The notes under the pieces are model-generated. The model did not search any database, had not been told where the DNA came from, and was given only the letters and a program-made list of their open reading frames with translations. A stretch of 64,000 nt of DNA from Bdellovibrionales bacterium (GTDB lineage Bacteria > Bdellovibrionota > Bdellovibrionia > Bdellovibrionales > UBA1609), in contig DAHVQG010000004.1 in the NCBI GenBank assembly GCA_027317865.1, positions 1 through 64,000 on the forward strand. The letters run 5' to 3'. A program made the position numbers and the translations under genes. Position 1 is the first letter of the stretch; each line of letters begins with the position of its first letter. Shown piece by piece: positions 47,531 to 57,696 of the stretch.

Positions 47531-48739
47531 GCCGGGGAGTTTATCGCCTTGCAAAAATTCAAGGCTCGCACCGCCGCCCGTAGAAATGTGGGTGACTTGA
47601 TCCGCATATCCCGATGCTTTTATGGCTGCAGCCGAATCGCCGCCCCCGACAACGGTCGTGGCGTGTGGAATTTCAGTCAGCGCTTTGGCTACGGCAAATG
47701 TTCCGTCGGCAAACGCGCGCGTTTCAAAGACACCCATGGGGCCGTTCCAAAAAACTGTTTTCGCATTTTGAAGTTCGCGCCGAAACAATTCAACCGTTTT
47801 AGGACCGATATCGACTCCCAGCCAACCGCTAGGAATCGCCGGCGTGGCTGTTGTTTTTAAATCAGACGCCGAATCGATTTTTGTCACAATCTTGTGATCG
47901 ACCGGCAACACAATTTTCTTATCGCGGGCTTTTACGCGCTCGAAAAGATCGCCCGCGTATTTGACTTTGTCCTTTTCAACAAGCGATGACCCAACCGCAA
48001 CCTTTTGTGCCGCTAAAAACGTGTAAGCCATGGCACCGCCGATGAGAAACACGTCCACCTTGTCGATCAAATTTTCGATAACGCCAATCTTGTCGCTGAC
48101 TTTCGCGCCGCCGAGAATCGTAATAAACGGCGACTCGGGCGCAACCATGATTTTATCGAGCATCTCGATTTCTTTCTTCATTAAAAATCCGATGCCCTTT
48201 TGTTTTACTTTGGTCGGCATACCAACGATCGTCGCGTGTGCGCGGTGACTCGCGCCAAACGCATCGTTGATGTAGATATCGGTATAGGTGCAAATCGCAT
48301 CTGCCAATTCTTCGCCGTTTTTCGTTTCGTCTTTGTTAAAACGCAAATTTTCAAGCAAAATCATCTGATTCTTTTTCAAGGATCGAAGCAGCGCACTCGG
48401 TGCCTCACTTTCAGGTTCTTCAACGAGAATGACCTCGATATTCAAAAGCTCCTGAAGTTTTTTGGCTACCGGCTCAAGCGAATACTTAGCCAAACTTTCG
48501 TCAGTTGGCGTGCCTTCAGAATTCAGCTCGGGCCTGCCTAAATGCGAAGCAACGACGAGTTTTGCACCGTGTTCGAGAGCATAGCGAATGGTCGGTAACG
48601 CCGCATCGATACGAGTGGTGTCGGTGATCGTGCCGTTTTTAATCGGTACATTCAGATCGAGGCGCAAAAATACGCGTTGATCTTTAAGATCGAAATCTTC
48701 AATAGATCGTATTCCCGCCAGTGTGCTTTTTGCGCTCAT
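47510..48739 (-). CDS. pgk: Phosphoglycerate kinase
   Basis: [43 protein letters not shown]. Confidence 0.97.
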   Translation of the reverse strand: MSAKSTLAGIRSIEDFDLKDQRVFLRLDLNVPIKNGTITDTTRIDAALPTIRYALEHGAKLVVASHLGRPELNSEGTPTDESLAKYSLEPVAKKLQELLNIEVILVEEPESEAPSALLRSLKKNQMILLENLRFNKDETKNGEELADAICTYTDIYINDAFGASHRAHATIVGMPTKVKQKGIGFLMKKEIEMLDKIMVAPESPFITILGGAKVSDKIGVIENLIDKVDVFLIGGAMAYTFLAAQKVAVGSSLVEKDKVKYAGDLFERVKARDKKIVLPVDHKIVTKIDSASDLKTTATPAIPSGWLGVDIGPKTVELFRRELQNAKTVFWNGPMGVFETRAFADGTFAVAKALTEIPHATTVVGGGDSAAAIKASGYADQVTHISTGGGASLEFLQGDKLPGIEALRK

Positions 48740-48751
48740 TTTGACCTCCAA

Positions 48752-49756
48752 CTACACGCCGCGACTTTGCAGATAAAGCGCAAGGTCCACCATGCGAAGC
48801 GAAAAACCAAATTCGTTGTCATACCACGAATAAACTTTTACAAGACGCGGGCCCATCGTCATGGTGCTTTCAATGTCGACGATGGAGCTATACGGATTAC
48901 CAATAAAATCGCAGCTCACAAGCGGAGCCTCTTCATAACTCAATATGCCTTTGAGCGAGCCGTGTGCTGCTTCTTTCAAAGCCGAGTTAACCGCCTCAAC
49001 TGTCACATCTTTTTTAGTTTGTGCAACAAGGTCAATCAAACTCACATCGGGTGTCGGCACGCGCACCGATATTCCATTGAGCTTACCGTTGAGTTCGGGG
49101 AGCACAAGGCCAACCGCTTTTGCGGCCCCTGTTGTTGTCGGTATCATTGACACGGCAGCCGCTCGCGCGCGTCTTAAATCTTTGTGAGGAGCATCGAGGG
49201 TGTGTTGATCGTTCGTGTAAGAATGAACCGTTGTCATGAGCCCGTATTCAATTCCAAACGCATCGTGAATGACTTTGGCCACAGGAGCCAAACAATTTGT
49301 TGTACAGGAAGCGTTACTCAGTACTGTATGCTTTTTCGGATCGTATTGTTCATGGTTTACGCCGTAAACAACCGTCAGATCCGCACCTTTTGCGGGAGCC
49401 GATACAATCACACGCTTAGCACCGGCCTGAACGTGCTTCATGGCATCTTCTTTGCCTGTGAATTTACCCGTGCACTCGAGAACGACGTCGACGCCCAATT
49501 CTTTCCACGGCAGTTCGGTCGGATCTTTAATTTTCGTGTACCGAATTTTTTTACCGGCGACGATCAAGTTCGATTCTTCGGCCTTCACATCAGCCGGAAA
49601 AATGCCGTGCGTGCTATCGTATTTCAAAAGATGGGCAGAAGTTTTTGCTTCTCCGAGATCGTTAATCGCGACGATGTCGAGTTTTTCAAATCCCGCTCGA
49701 AAAAGTATGCGGCCAATGCGGCCGAATCCGTTAATTGCCACTTTGAGTTTTGCCAC
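48752..49756 (-). CDS. gap: Type I glyceraldehyde-3-phosphate dehydrogenase
   Basis: INGFGRIGR, SNASCTTNCLAP, WYDNE. Confidence 0.98.
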   Translation of the reverse strand: MAKLKVAINGFGRIGRILFRAGFEKLDIVAINDLGEAKTSAHLLKYDSTHGIFPADVKAEESNLIVAGKKIRYTKIKDPTELPWKELGVDVVLECTGKFTGKEDAMKHVQAGAKRVIVSAPAKGADLTVVYGVNHEQYDPKKHTVLSNASCTTNCLAPVAKVIHDAFGIEYGLMTTVHSYTNDQHTLDAPHKDLRRARAAAVSMIPTTTGAAKAVGLVLPELNGKLNGISVRVPTPDVSLIDLVAQTKKDVTVEAVNSALKEAAHGSLKGILSYEEAPLVSCDFIGNPYSSIVDIESTMTMGPRLVKVYSWYDNEFGFSLRMVDLALYLQSRGV

Positions 49757-49812
49757 TGATAGCTCCTTTCAGTCGCCATTAAATGACTTTTTGAAATCGC
49801 GCCAACAATACA

Positions 49813-50577
49813 TCAATTTAACTTAGCAAACAACCGGTGCGCGTTTTCATTTGTCGCGCGCGCGAGATCGTCAATCGTCACGGTTTTTAATTCGGCCACT
49901 ACTTGCGCTGTATGTACGAGAAATGCCGGTTCATTTTTCTTACCCCGATGCGGCACAGGAGCTAAAAATGGAGCATCTGTTTCAAGGTGTAAACGATCTA
50001 AGGGGATCGACTTCACGACGGTGCGCAAGGCATCGGCATTTTTAAACGTCACGACACCACTGATCGAAATGTTATAACCGTGCGCCAGACCTTGGTCCGC
50101 CAGCCACTGCGATCCTGTAAAACAGTGGAGCAGGCCGCGCACACGACCGTCGAACTCCTTTATAATTTCAACCGTATCGGTTTCGGCGTCGCGGGTGTGA
50201 ATTTCGACCGGCAAACCGAATTCAGCGGCGAGCGCCATTTGTTTTCGAAACACGGTCTTTTGTACATCGTGCTCCGAATGTGAGTAATAATAATCAAGAC
50301 CGATTTCACCCACCCCCACAATCCGGTCGTCGCGCAAATGTTGGCGCATATACACTTCATCTTGTTCCGTCCAGTCTTTGGCTTCGTGTGGATGAACGCC
50401 GAGGGTACCAAAGACCCACGGTTTAAGGCGCTCGGCCATATCGACAACTCGGGGATGGTCGTCGCGGCCTGTGCCGATTGTTATCATGCGCTCAATTCCG
50501 GCTTCGCGCGCCGCCGCCAAAACGGATTGCTCATCACGCTCCAGCATGTTGATGTGAGTGTGAACGTCGATCCACAT
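49813..50577 (-). CDS. TatD family hydrolase
   Basis: DVHTH, GVHPH, GEIGLDY, HCFTG, ETDAP. Confidence 0.94.
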   Translation of the reverse strand: MWIDVHTHINMLERDEQSVLAAAREAGIERMITIGTGRDDHPRVVDMAERLKPWVFGTLGVHPHEAKDWTEQDEVYMRQHLRDDRIVGVGEIGLDYYYSHSEHDVQKTVFRKQMALAAEFGLPVEIHTRDAETDTVEIIKEFDGRVRGLLHCFTGSQWLADQGLAHGYNISISGVVTFKNADALRTVVKSIPLDRLHLETDAPFLAPVPHRGKKNEPAFLVHTAQVVAELKTVTIDDLARATNENAHRLFAKLN

Positions 50578-50584
50578 TGCTTTG

Positions 50585-51505
50585 TTAACTCCCGGCGTTT
50601 TGATAAACCAAATTCTCAAGGGTTAAATTGACATCACAGTTTGATTGCAAATCGCGCTCCGCTTGCAGAATCGCGCGGCTTGCAAGCCCCAGCTTTTCAA
50701 AAGGGTACGCGCTCAAAACCTGCAACTGTTCGAGCAAATCGGAATTTAGCGACTCATTTTGCGTCGCCGCCGGCGCCTTCGTAACCCCAGCGGCCGATTT
50801 CAAAACCCAACTGTCGCGAATAAATTCCAGCCAAAGTTTAATATACAATAACGCCGTTTCGCGGTCGCCCGCCTGTTCACGAAGTTGCGCAACGGCATCA
50901 ACACGCCCTGAACCCAACATTTCAACCAAGACCTGAACGGCGCGGGTACGTATTTCGACATCTACGTCTTCGCCGCCAATAGCCGAGCGCTCCTCTCGAG
51001 TGAGCGAACCGAATCGCACAATCTGACTGCGGGAGCGAAGGGTGCCCAAAACTGAATCGCGGCTAGGAGCAATGAAGATGAAGTGCGTTCGCGGCGGAGG
51101 CTCTTCAACGGATTTAAGAAGTGCATTGGCCGCCTGTGCGGTCAATTTTTCTGCGTCATCGATTAGGACGACACGGCCGCGGCCAAGCGCCGTCAAACTT
51201 AAATCATTTACAATTTGCCGTGCCGACTCGATTTTAATCGTCGGCCCCTGTGGCTCCAATAAAATCAAACCTTCGCTTTGACGCCGGGCCACACGTTGAC
51301 ATGAAGGGCAATTCCCACAGGCCGCTCGCGAGCGTTCGCACAAAAAAGCTTGAGCGACCCCTAGAGCCACAAGTTTTTTACCTTGCTTTTGGGGGCCAAC
51401 AAATAACCAACTTGGCGGAAGCCGTTCCTGTTCAACAGTTCGCAAAAGTTTTTCGATGGCGACACGATGGCCAACGACCTGATCTAAAATTCTCACGACC
51501 ACCAC
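50585..51505 (-). CDS. holB: DNA polymerase III delta-prime subunit
   Basis: CGNCPSC, AANALLKSVEEPP, TLRSRSQ; downstream of tmk. Confidence 0.9.
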   Translation of the reverse strand: MVVVRILDQVVGHRVAIEKLLRTVEQERLPPSWLFVGPQKQGKKLVALGVAQAFLCERSRAACGNCPSCQRVARRQSEGLILLEPQGPTIKIESARQIVNDLSLTALGRGRVVLIDDAEKLTAQAANALLKSVEEPPPRTHFIFIAPSRDSVLGTLRSRSQIVRFGSLTREERSAIGGEDVDVEIRTRAVQVLVEMLGSGRVDAVAQLREQAGDRETALLYIKLWLEFIRDSWVLKSAAGVTKAPAATQNESLNSDLLEQLQVLSAYPFEKLGLASRAILQAERDLQSNCDVNLTLENLVYQNAGS

Positions 51506-52110
51506 CCGCGTTTTTGGAGCTCCTCAATTAACCGGTCGCGAATCTGCGGCATCGGCAGGCCGGCATTTAGCACGAGCCAATCGTCCGCATTTTCGCGCGC
51601 CAACGCGAGGTACCCGGCACGCACTCGTTCGTGAAAATCACGAGCTTCACGTTCAAAACGATCGAGTTCGCGGTTGGCGATTCGCTCTTGCGCTTCTACT
51701 GTGCTCAAATCAAGGAGTACCCATAAATCGGGCTTCACGTGGGCCGTTGCAAAATCATTCAACCAATCAATATCATGCCGAGCGAGGGTGCGACCTCCAG
51801 CTTGAAAGGCAATTGACGACGCTGTAAAGCGGTCACACAACACCCAGGATTTATTGGCGATCGCCGGCCGAATGACACGCTCAACGTGCTGTGCCCGCGC
51901 GGCTTCGTACAAAAGAAGTTCGGCGCGCGGCACGGGAGCATCACCACTCGTGCGCAAAAGCAAATGACGAATCTCGTCGCCTAACGGCGTCCCGCCAGGT
52001 TCGCGCGTCACGACAACCGTCTGGCCCTTGGTCGTTAACTGCGATTTGAGCTCTTGTATGAGCGTTGATTTGCCGGAACCATCCAGCCCCTCAAAAGCTA
52101 AAAACTTCAT
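51493..52110 (-). CDS. tmk: Thymidylate kinase
   Basis: EGLDGSGKST, TREPGG, LCDRF. Confidence 0.97.
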   Translation of the reverse strand: MKFLAFEGLDGSGKSTLIQELKSQLTTKGQTVVVTREPGGTPLGDEIRHLLLRTSGDAPVPRAELLLYEAARAQHVERVIRPAIANKSWVLCDRFTASSIAFQAGGRTLARHDIDWLNDFATAHVKPDLWVLLDLSTVEAQERIANRELDRFEREARDFHERVRAGYLALARENADDWLVLNAGLPMPQIRDRLIEELQKRGWWS

Positions 52111-52123
52111 AAACTTGTTCTAC

Positions 52124-52151
52124 TCAAACCACGGCTCATTTCAACCGATAA
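52124..52151 (+). promoter_or_regulatory. Sigma28-like promoter
   Basis: TCAAA-N15-ACCGATAA, 8 nt before ATG 52160. Confidence 0.5.
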
Positions 52152-52159
52152 TAGGCTGT

Positions 52160-53116
52160 ATGACTGCGGCAAAAAAGGTCAAAGTTCGAAGCAGCGAAAA
52201 AATTCGAGTGCTGATTGCAGATAACGACGGGCTTTCAGCGCGCCGGATGTTTGAATTTCTTGTTCAAAATGGCTTTGAATGCCGCCTGACCTCCACCGGT
52301 ACGGAAACGAAAAAGCTTTTGACGGCGTGGCGCCCACGCATTCTGCTGATCGATTTGCTGCTCCCCGAGGCCAATGCGTTTGAAATACTCAAATTTGTCG
52401 GCGGTGAACCCTCATTGCGCGAACATCACGTCGCGGTCATGGTGATGTCGGGCCATAATACGCCACAAAACGTTCACGAAGCTTACGAGCGTGGCGCGCG
52501 AGACTATTTAGTCCGCCCCATAATGTTCAAAGATCTACTTGCTCGCATTGTGTTTCATTGCCGCAAACCACGCGAAGTTGACGGTCATGGTCACGAAAAA
52601 GACGCTATGCACCTGGCAAACCTCGTGGCTGCGCAGGCCCTTCAGTCGCTCCCGCTGGCCGAAAATTTATTTACCCTGACCAAAATGGCCGCAATGAAAG
52701 TAGGTGGACTTCGTTGCTCCATTGTTCAACAGCTCACACACGAAAAAGGAATCGTGCTCGCCTCAAACGACAAAAAAGACATTGCCGGGTTGCCGCTTGA
52801 CCTCAATAAATATCCTGAAATTCAGCTTGTCGTGAATACAGCCAAAACTGTCGTCATCGATAATTTGTCAGAAAGCCGCGCCCTAAGCAGTATTCGTGCG
52901 CATTTTAAAGAAATTGATTTCAATTCAATGGTGGTTTGCCCATTGTATTACCGGCAAAAGCCATTTGGGGTTCTCTCAACCCGAATGCCGTCAAATTGCA
53001 CAAAAATACTCGACCCGGACGTCATTTTTCTCGAATTTGTCGCTAAAGTTTTAAGCTTGTATTTGACGTCGCAGGAGCCCAAAATCCTCGGCCAATACGG
53101 CCTTGTGACAGCTTAA
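52160..53116 (+). CDS. Response regulator receiver plus GAF domain protein
   Basis: VLIADND, LLIDLLLP, GARDYLVRP; GAF-like SMVVCPL..FGVL. Confidence 0.85.
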   Translation: MTAAKKVKVRSSEKIRVLIADNDGLSARRMFEFLVQNGFECRLTSTGTETKKLLTAWRPRILLIDLLLPEANAFEILKFVGGEPSLREHHVAVMVMSGHNTPQNVHEAYERGARDYLVRPIMFKDLLARIVFHCRKPREVDGHGHEKDAMHLANLVAAQALQSLPLAENLFTLTKMAAMKVGGLRCSIVQQLTHEKGIVLASNDKKDIAGLPLDLNKYPEIQLVVNTAKTVVIDNLSESRALSSIRAHFKEIDFNSMVVCPLYYRQKPFGVLSTRMPSNCTKILDPDVIFLEFVAKVLSLYLTSQEPKILGQYGLVTA

Positions 53117-53215
53117 CCCATACGATAATATTTGCCCGAATTTTTTTCTGGACGACATGCGTAAACTCCCATATAAAATCTGGACTTATACCCGCGCAAA
53201 TTTTACGAGGACGCA

Positions 53216-53563
53216 ATGCTTTTATTTCTCTCAGTTATCCAAATTTTAGTCGCGATTTTTTTGGTCGCTATTGTTTTGCTTCAAGATGCTAAAGGCGGTG
53301 GAGCTTTCGGCATGGGTGGCGGCGGCGGTTCCAATCAAATCTTAAGCTCTACAGGAACGGCCAGTTTTCTCACTAATTTGACCTGGGGATTGGCCATTGT
53401 GTTTGCAGCAACTTCGATCGGTTTGACTTACTTGACCACGTCACATTCAGGCAGCGTAACGGACAACTACGTTGCGCCTTCGTCGGCATCTCATTCTGTG
53501 GGACCTACGAAATCCAGCGCGGCTCAACCAAGTGCACCGAAACCGAAGGGGCCCAAAAAATAA
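53216..53563 (+). CDS. secG: Preprotein translocase subunit SecG
   Basis: TM-VLLQDAKGG-Gly-rich loop-FLTNLT-TM. Confidence 0.92.
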   Translation: MLLFLSVIQILVAIFLVAIVLLQDAKGGGAFGMGGGGGSNQILSSTGTASFLTNLTWGLAIVFAATSIGLTYLTTSHSGSVTDNYVAPSSASHSVGPTKSSAAQPSAPKPKGPKK

Positions 53564-54489
53564 TGGGGTTGGAGCGGACGTCAGCTGCCATCACATTGAT
53601 TTCAGCAACTCTCGCCGGAATTTTCATTTATTATTCACACCCCATTTCCCAACAGCTAGTCCAATGGATGAACCATTCGGCCGCGGCCGACTCAAATCGC
53701 ATTGTTCTTGCTACAGTTGAAGGCACAACCGGTGTCGTAAATTTGCAGCGTTTAGGTGAAGAATCTGGCGAAACCCAACCGGTTTTCAAAAATGAACGCC
53801 TCTACAATCTTGACCAGCTGATCGTTGGGCCCGGTGGTGACGCTATTTTAGCGTTTTCATCCGGTTATCGATTAAATCTTATTTCAAACACCGACGCGAT
53901 CATTCAATCTTATCGGCCCAAAGAAGCCACCGCACCTGTATTATTGACCCTTGTTAGCGGCAATTATCAGATGAGTTCTACTTCAATTGGACAAAAAGGT
54001 GATCTTTATATCGCGATGAACGGCCAAATTTTTGCACCCGAAAACCGACCAGCTGCCGTCGACAATCAAATTCAACTTAATCAAACCCAGCACGTCGATG
54101 CCGTTTTGGCGACCCTCAAAGAAACATCGGCGAAATTTGCGCCGAAACCGCAGCATTTAAACAACCAACCCATCGCTGCCGACACGGTCGACATCAACGG
54201 TCAAGAAACACTGACCGATAGCTATATTTCGCGCACCATGCAGGAGCAATCTTCGGCCTTCAGAGACTGCCAGCTTAACAGTTTGCGCGACGATCTCACT
54301 GCTGACGGCTCCCTTCTTTTTTCTATTACAATCAATCCGCTGGGCACCATCGACCATATCGGGGTCTTAGAAGACGATATCCACAATAAAGAACTTTTAG
54401 ATTGCACACGCTCGGTGATTGAACGCATTCAGTTTAGACATTTCGATGGCAAATCCATGACGATCAATTACCCAATTGATTATCGATAA
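53563..54489 (+). CDS. Membrane-anchored protein with a FecR-like region and an AgmX/PglI (TonB-C-like) C-terminal domain
   Basis: N-terminal TM; FRDC...FSITINPLG...LLDC..VIERIQF..INYP. Confidence 0.7.
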   Translation: MGLERTSAAITLISATLAGIFIYYSHPISQQLVQWMNHSAAADSNRIVLATVEGTTGVVNLQRLGEESGETQPVFKNERLYNLDQLIVGPGGDAILAFSSGYRLNLISNTDAIIQSYRPKEATAPVLLTLVSGNYQMSSTSIGQKGDLYIAMNGQIFAPENRPAAVDNQIQLNQTQHVDAVLATLKETSAKFAPKPQHLNNQPIAADTVDINGQETLTDSYISRTMQEQSSAFRDCQLNSLRDDLTADGSLLFSITINPLGTIDHIGVLEDDIHNKELLDCTRSVIERIQFRHFDGKSMTINYPIDYR

Positions 54490-54503
54490 ATCCGACCGCC
54501 GAA

Positions 54504-55694
54504 TTAATTTCGAATTTGGGCGTTAAATTTGCGCGTCAGACTATGGTTAAATAGTGGTGCCACGAGTTCGTTGCTCTTTGGCAGGCTGTTCATGGCATTG
54601 AGCCAAACTTCGGGTGTCTCCATACAAAGAAAAATCGGCCATTCACGCGAATTTTGACGAAATTCATTCACGACAAAATGAAGCATCTCTTCGCGTAGCC
54701 GCTGATCATAACGAAGTTTGCCGTCCGAGCTCGAAAACATTTCGGCCCCCACAACCCATGACGTCGGTTGACGTTCTTGCTGATGTTCTGGACCCCACTC
54801 TTGCCCATCGCCGCGCGATTTCCCAAACCGCTCGCGCATCATGTGCCGCTGTTCAGGTTGAAAGCGAAGGGCTCCGACCGAAATGACATTGATATCTTGC
54901 GGGGCAAATGTCGTGCAGACTTGGCGCACCAAGCTGCGATACGAATCTTGCCAACCCATATGCCAAATCATTGGATCGATATGAAAGGCCACTTGAAACT
55001 TTTTATCTCGGGCTATTCGCGCAGCTCTTAGCCGACTTTCAAGTGAAGCCGTTCCGTATTCTTCATGTTCTATGACATTTTGAGGATTGATTGAAAAACT
55101 CACGACGACGTTGCCGGCATGCTCAACGTTTAAAAACTGCTCAACTTGACTCGACTTGGTTTTGAACTCAAGCCGCCAATTCGGATAGTTTCGAAAATAT
55201 TCAATGAGGCGTCGCGAGTACAACGTAAGAGGATCGAAACTGAGCGAATCTGTTGTTTCACCCGTACCGACGCGAAGAGATTCGTTACCAAGGTCTTTGC
55301 CCAATGCCGAAAGCTCATCTAGCGCCGTTTCGATATTGGCATAGATTTTCATCACCGGAGAATTGACGAAACTTTGCAAATAACAGTAGGAGCAATTCAT
55401 GTTACACTGCGAACCCAAATTCAACACAAAATAATTGCAACACGTAAGCCCCGGTCGAGCCCCCGGGCAACGTTTAAAAAAACGACCTTTAAATTCAGTG
55501 ATAAAAAGTAACCTTTTACTCGCCTCAAAATCGGGCGCAGAGAGTTCACCTTTTTTCTCTGTCAGCGGCTCATCGTCAACCCACGTGATTCGCTTGCGCG
55601 AAAAGAGTTCACGAGCCCGCATGGCAATTTGAGATTGCTCCAACTTGCGATCAATAAAAACCCGTTCAATCCGGTCTAGCCCCCATTCAGACAT
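54504..55694 (-). CDS. Radical SAM protein, spore photoproduct lyase (SplB)-like
   Basis: CNMNCSYCYLQ, GETTDSL, EFKTKS, FHIDP, LCME. Confidence 0.85.
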   Translation of the reverse strand: MSEWGLDRIERVFIDRKLEQSQIAMRARELFSRKRITWVDDEPLTEKKGELSAPDFEASKRLLFITEFKGRFFKRCPGARPGLTCCNYFVLNLGSQCNMNCSYCYLQSFVNSPVMKIYANIETALDELSALGKDLGNESLRVGTGETTDSLSFDPLTLYSRRLIEYFRNYPNWRLEFKTKSSQVEQFLNVEHAGNVVVSFSINPQNVIEHEEYGTASLESRLRAARIARDKKFQVAFHIDPMIWHMGWQDSYRSLVRQVCTTFAPQDINVISVGALRFQPEQRHMMRERFGKSRGDGQEWGPEHQQERQPTSWVVGAEMFSSSDGKLRYDQRLREEMLHFVVNEFRQNSREWPIFLCMETPEVWLNAMNSLPKSNELVAPLFNHSLTRKFNAQIRN

Positions 55695-56550
55695 CGGATT
55701 TTCTCTGAAGCTCGTTTGATCGCTGATGCCACTGTGTTGCGACGTTTTCAAGCGCCGCAATTTGTTTAGTCAAATCGTCGGCCGAATGCGCAAATAATTT
55801 AATTTCGACTCCGTCGGCATCACCGCGCCGAACCCAGTTGGCTTTCGTCTTTGTCGGCCAAGGCAATTTGGCTACTTGAAGTTCGTTTGACTCTTCTCGC
55901 TCAATAGTCTGTTGAAATCTCACTTGGCGAATATGTTCGCGAAATTGTACAAAGTTAGGAGCTTTTAAGATTTCGGGCCAGCGAAGGGCCATACTTTCTC
56001 GCCTAACATCATCGAGCATTATATCTACGAGCCACTCCAATGCCAGTATGCCGTCCGATCTTGACGGCTCAAACGCGACTGCTTTGAGCGCCAATTCGAA
56101 ATAACGGACCAGAAGATTTTCAGGCAACGCTTTTAAAGGGGCAAGATCGCGTGGCGAAACATCGCGAAGTTGCCACCACTCTTGCAGCTTGTCTGGTGCC
56201 TGAGACATTATTTGAAATAAACGCGGCCAATCGGAATTTGCATGATACCCCAAACGCGAACAAAAAATTTTCCACTCGATCACCAAATGCAATTTCTCGA
56301 TCTCATTAGATAACCGCGACAGTTCAACAAATGTCAGCTTCGGATATAAACTTGATAGCGCTTCTTCAAGCGAGAATTCATTTGGCGAAATAAAAATACA
56401 TGGCGCTTCACTGCTTAGCTCGACCTCGGCGCGATTAAAACCAGCTATTAAAATTTCATTCCATGCAACGGCTGGCAATACGGACGGCCAAATTGCGCTC
56501 GGCCTAAAATTTAAGTACCTTGTGCATTGCGAAACGGCGCCGATTTTCAT
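55687..56550 (-). CDS. Hypothetical protein coupled to the SplB-like gene
   Basis: 3' part of ORF 55687-57057; ATG 56550 avoids overlap with the divergent gene; 8-nt overlap with the radical SAM gene. Confidence 0.6.
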   Translation of the reverse strand: MKIGAVSQCTRYLNFRPSAIWPSVLPAVAWNEILIAGFNRAEVELSSEAPCIFISPNEFSLEEALSSLYPKLTFVELSRLSNEIEKLHLVIEWKIFCSRLGYHANSDWPRLFQIMSQAPDKLQEWWQLRDVSPRDLAPLKALPENLLVRYFELALKAVAFEPSRSDGILALEWLVDIMLDDVRRESMALRWPEILKAPNFVQFREHIRQVRFQQTIEREESNELQVAKLPWPTKTKANWVRRGDADGVEIKLFAHSADDLTKQIAALENVATQWHQRSNELQRKSDV

Positions 56551-56595
56551 GACAGGACGGATACACGACCGGCATTCTAAAGTCGAGGAGTTGAT

Positions 56596-57672
56596 ATGGC
56601 CGAATGGAAAAAACACGCGAAAATCAACGATGACGTGGTTTATTTTCCGTTCGTTACCGATGATGCCACCGCACTCGCCCGCGAAGTATACGTCTGGGAC
56701 GTCGACAAAACTTATCTCGATACAAAACTCGAAACAGTTAAAGGGCTCATTCGTACGGCAACCGAAAAGCCGGCTCAGAAAAAAAATATTCCCGGTTCTG
56801 CCGAATTGGTGCGATGTCTGAACGATGCATGGACAAAACGTAGCGGCAGCCCGTCGTTTCCGATTTATTTTATCACGGCTTCGCCGCCGCAGATGGAACG
56901 TCGAATTCGCGGCAAGCTCGAACTCGACGGCGTCAAGCCATACGGTATTTTTTGTAAGGACAATTTGCCGAATTTGCGTCCGCGACGATTTTGGCGGCTC
57001 AACAAACAAGTGGGCTATAAACTTCAATCGCTTATGCAAATGCGGTCTCAACTTCACAAGGATGTTCGCCTTGTGATGTTCGGTGATGACGGCGAATACG
57101 ACGCGGTCATTTATTCCATTTTTTCAGATATTTGCGCTCGTCGCCTCGATACTTCGGAACTTCGACAAATTCTCAACGCGCTTTATGTTCTCGACGCCCA
57201 AGTCGACACTATTTTCCATTTACAAGATAAAGTTCCGACACAAGATCCGGTCGATAAAATATATATTAATCTCGCCGACGACACCGATTCGGATTACTAT
57301 TTGAAATTTGGACGGCGTACACTGCCGACAAGCAACACCTTTCAGTCGGCACTTGATTTGTTTCAGGATGACCGCATTGACGCCGATCACGTCGCCCGCA
57401 TCGCCGAAAATTTGATAAATGAATTCGATTTTACAGTGGACGAACTTGACCGCAGCCTTGACGAACTCATTCGCCGCGAAAAGTTAGGCGAACCTGCAGT
57501 TGCGGCAATTGTCCCGGTCTTGATGGAGCGTCACCTGCTCTCGCCTGATTTTCAACCTTCAGTTAAGCCAAGGCCTATTGAAGAAACACGTGGTGGGGTC
57601 GTCGTCAAACTCGGCGGCAATTTTGATCCGTGGATTCCCGACCGTATCGATTATTTGCACGACTACCGCTAA
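56596..57672 (+). CDS. HAD-superfamily phosphatase (App1/DUF2183 phosphatidate-phosphatase-like)
   Basis: WDVDKT (DxDxT), FITASP, GYK, FGDDGEYD; GAGGAG RBS. Confidence 0.75.
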   Translation: MAEWKKHAKINDDVVYFPFVTDDATALAREVYVWDVDKTYLDTKLETVKGLIRTATEKPAQKKNIPGSAELVRCLNDAWTKRSGSPSFPIYFITASPPQMERRIRGKLELDGVKPYGIFCKDNLPNLRPRRFWRLNKQVGYKLQSLMQMRSQLHKDVRLVMFGDDGEYDAVIYSIFSDICARRLDTSELRQILNALYVLDAQVDTIFHLQDKVPTQDPVDKIYINLADDTDSDYYLKFGRRTLPTSNTFQSALDLFQDDRIDADHVARIAENLINEFDFTVDELDRSLDELIRREKLGEPAVAAIVPVLMERHLLSPDFQPSVKPRPIEETRGGVVVKLGGNFDPWIPDRIDYLHDYR

Positions 57673-57696
57673 CCTGCACGGGACGACATTGCGTGC

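Noticed and set aside
56551..57057. N-terminal extension of ORF 55687-57057
   Set aside because: Overlaps the HAD phosphatase gene on the opposite strand; ATG 56550 is more plausible
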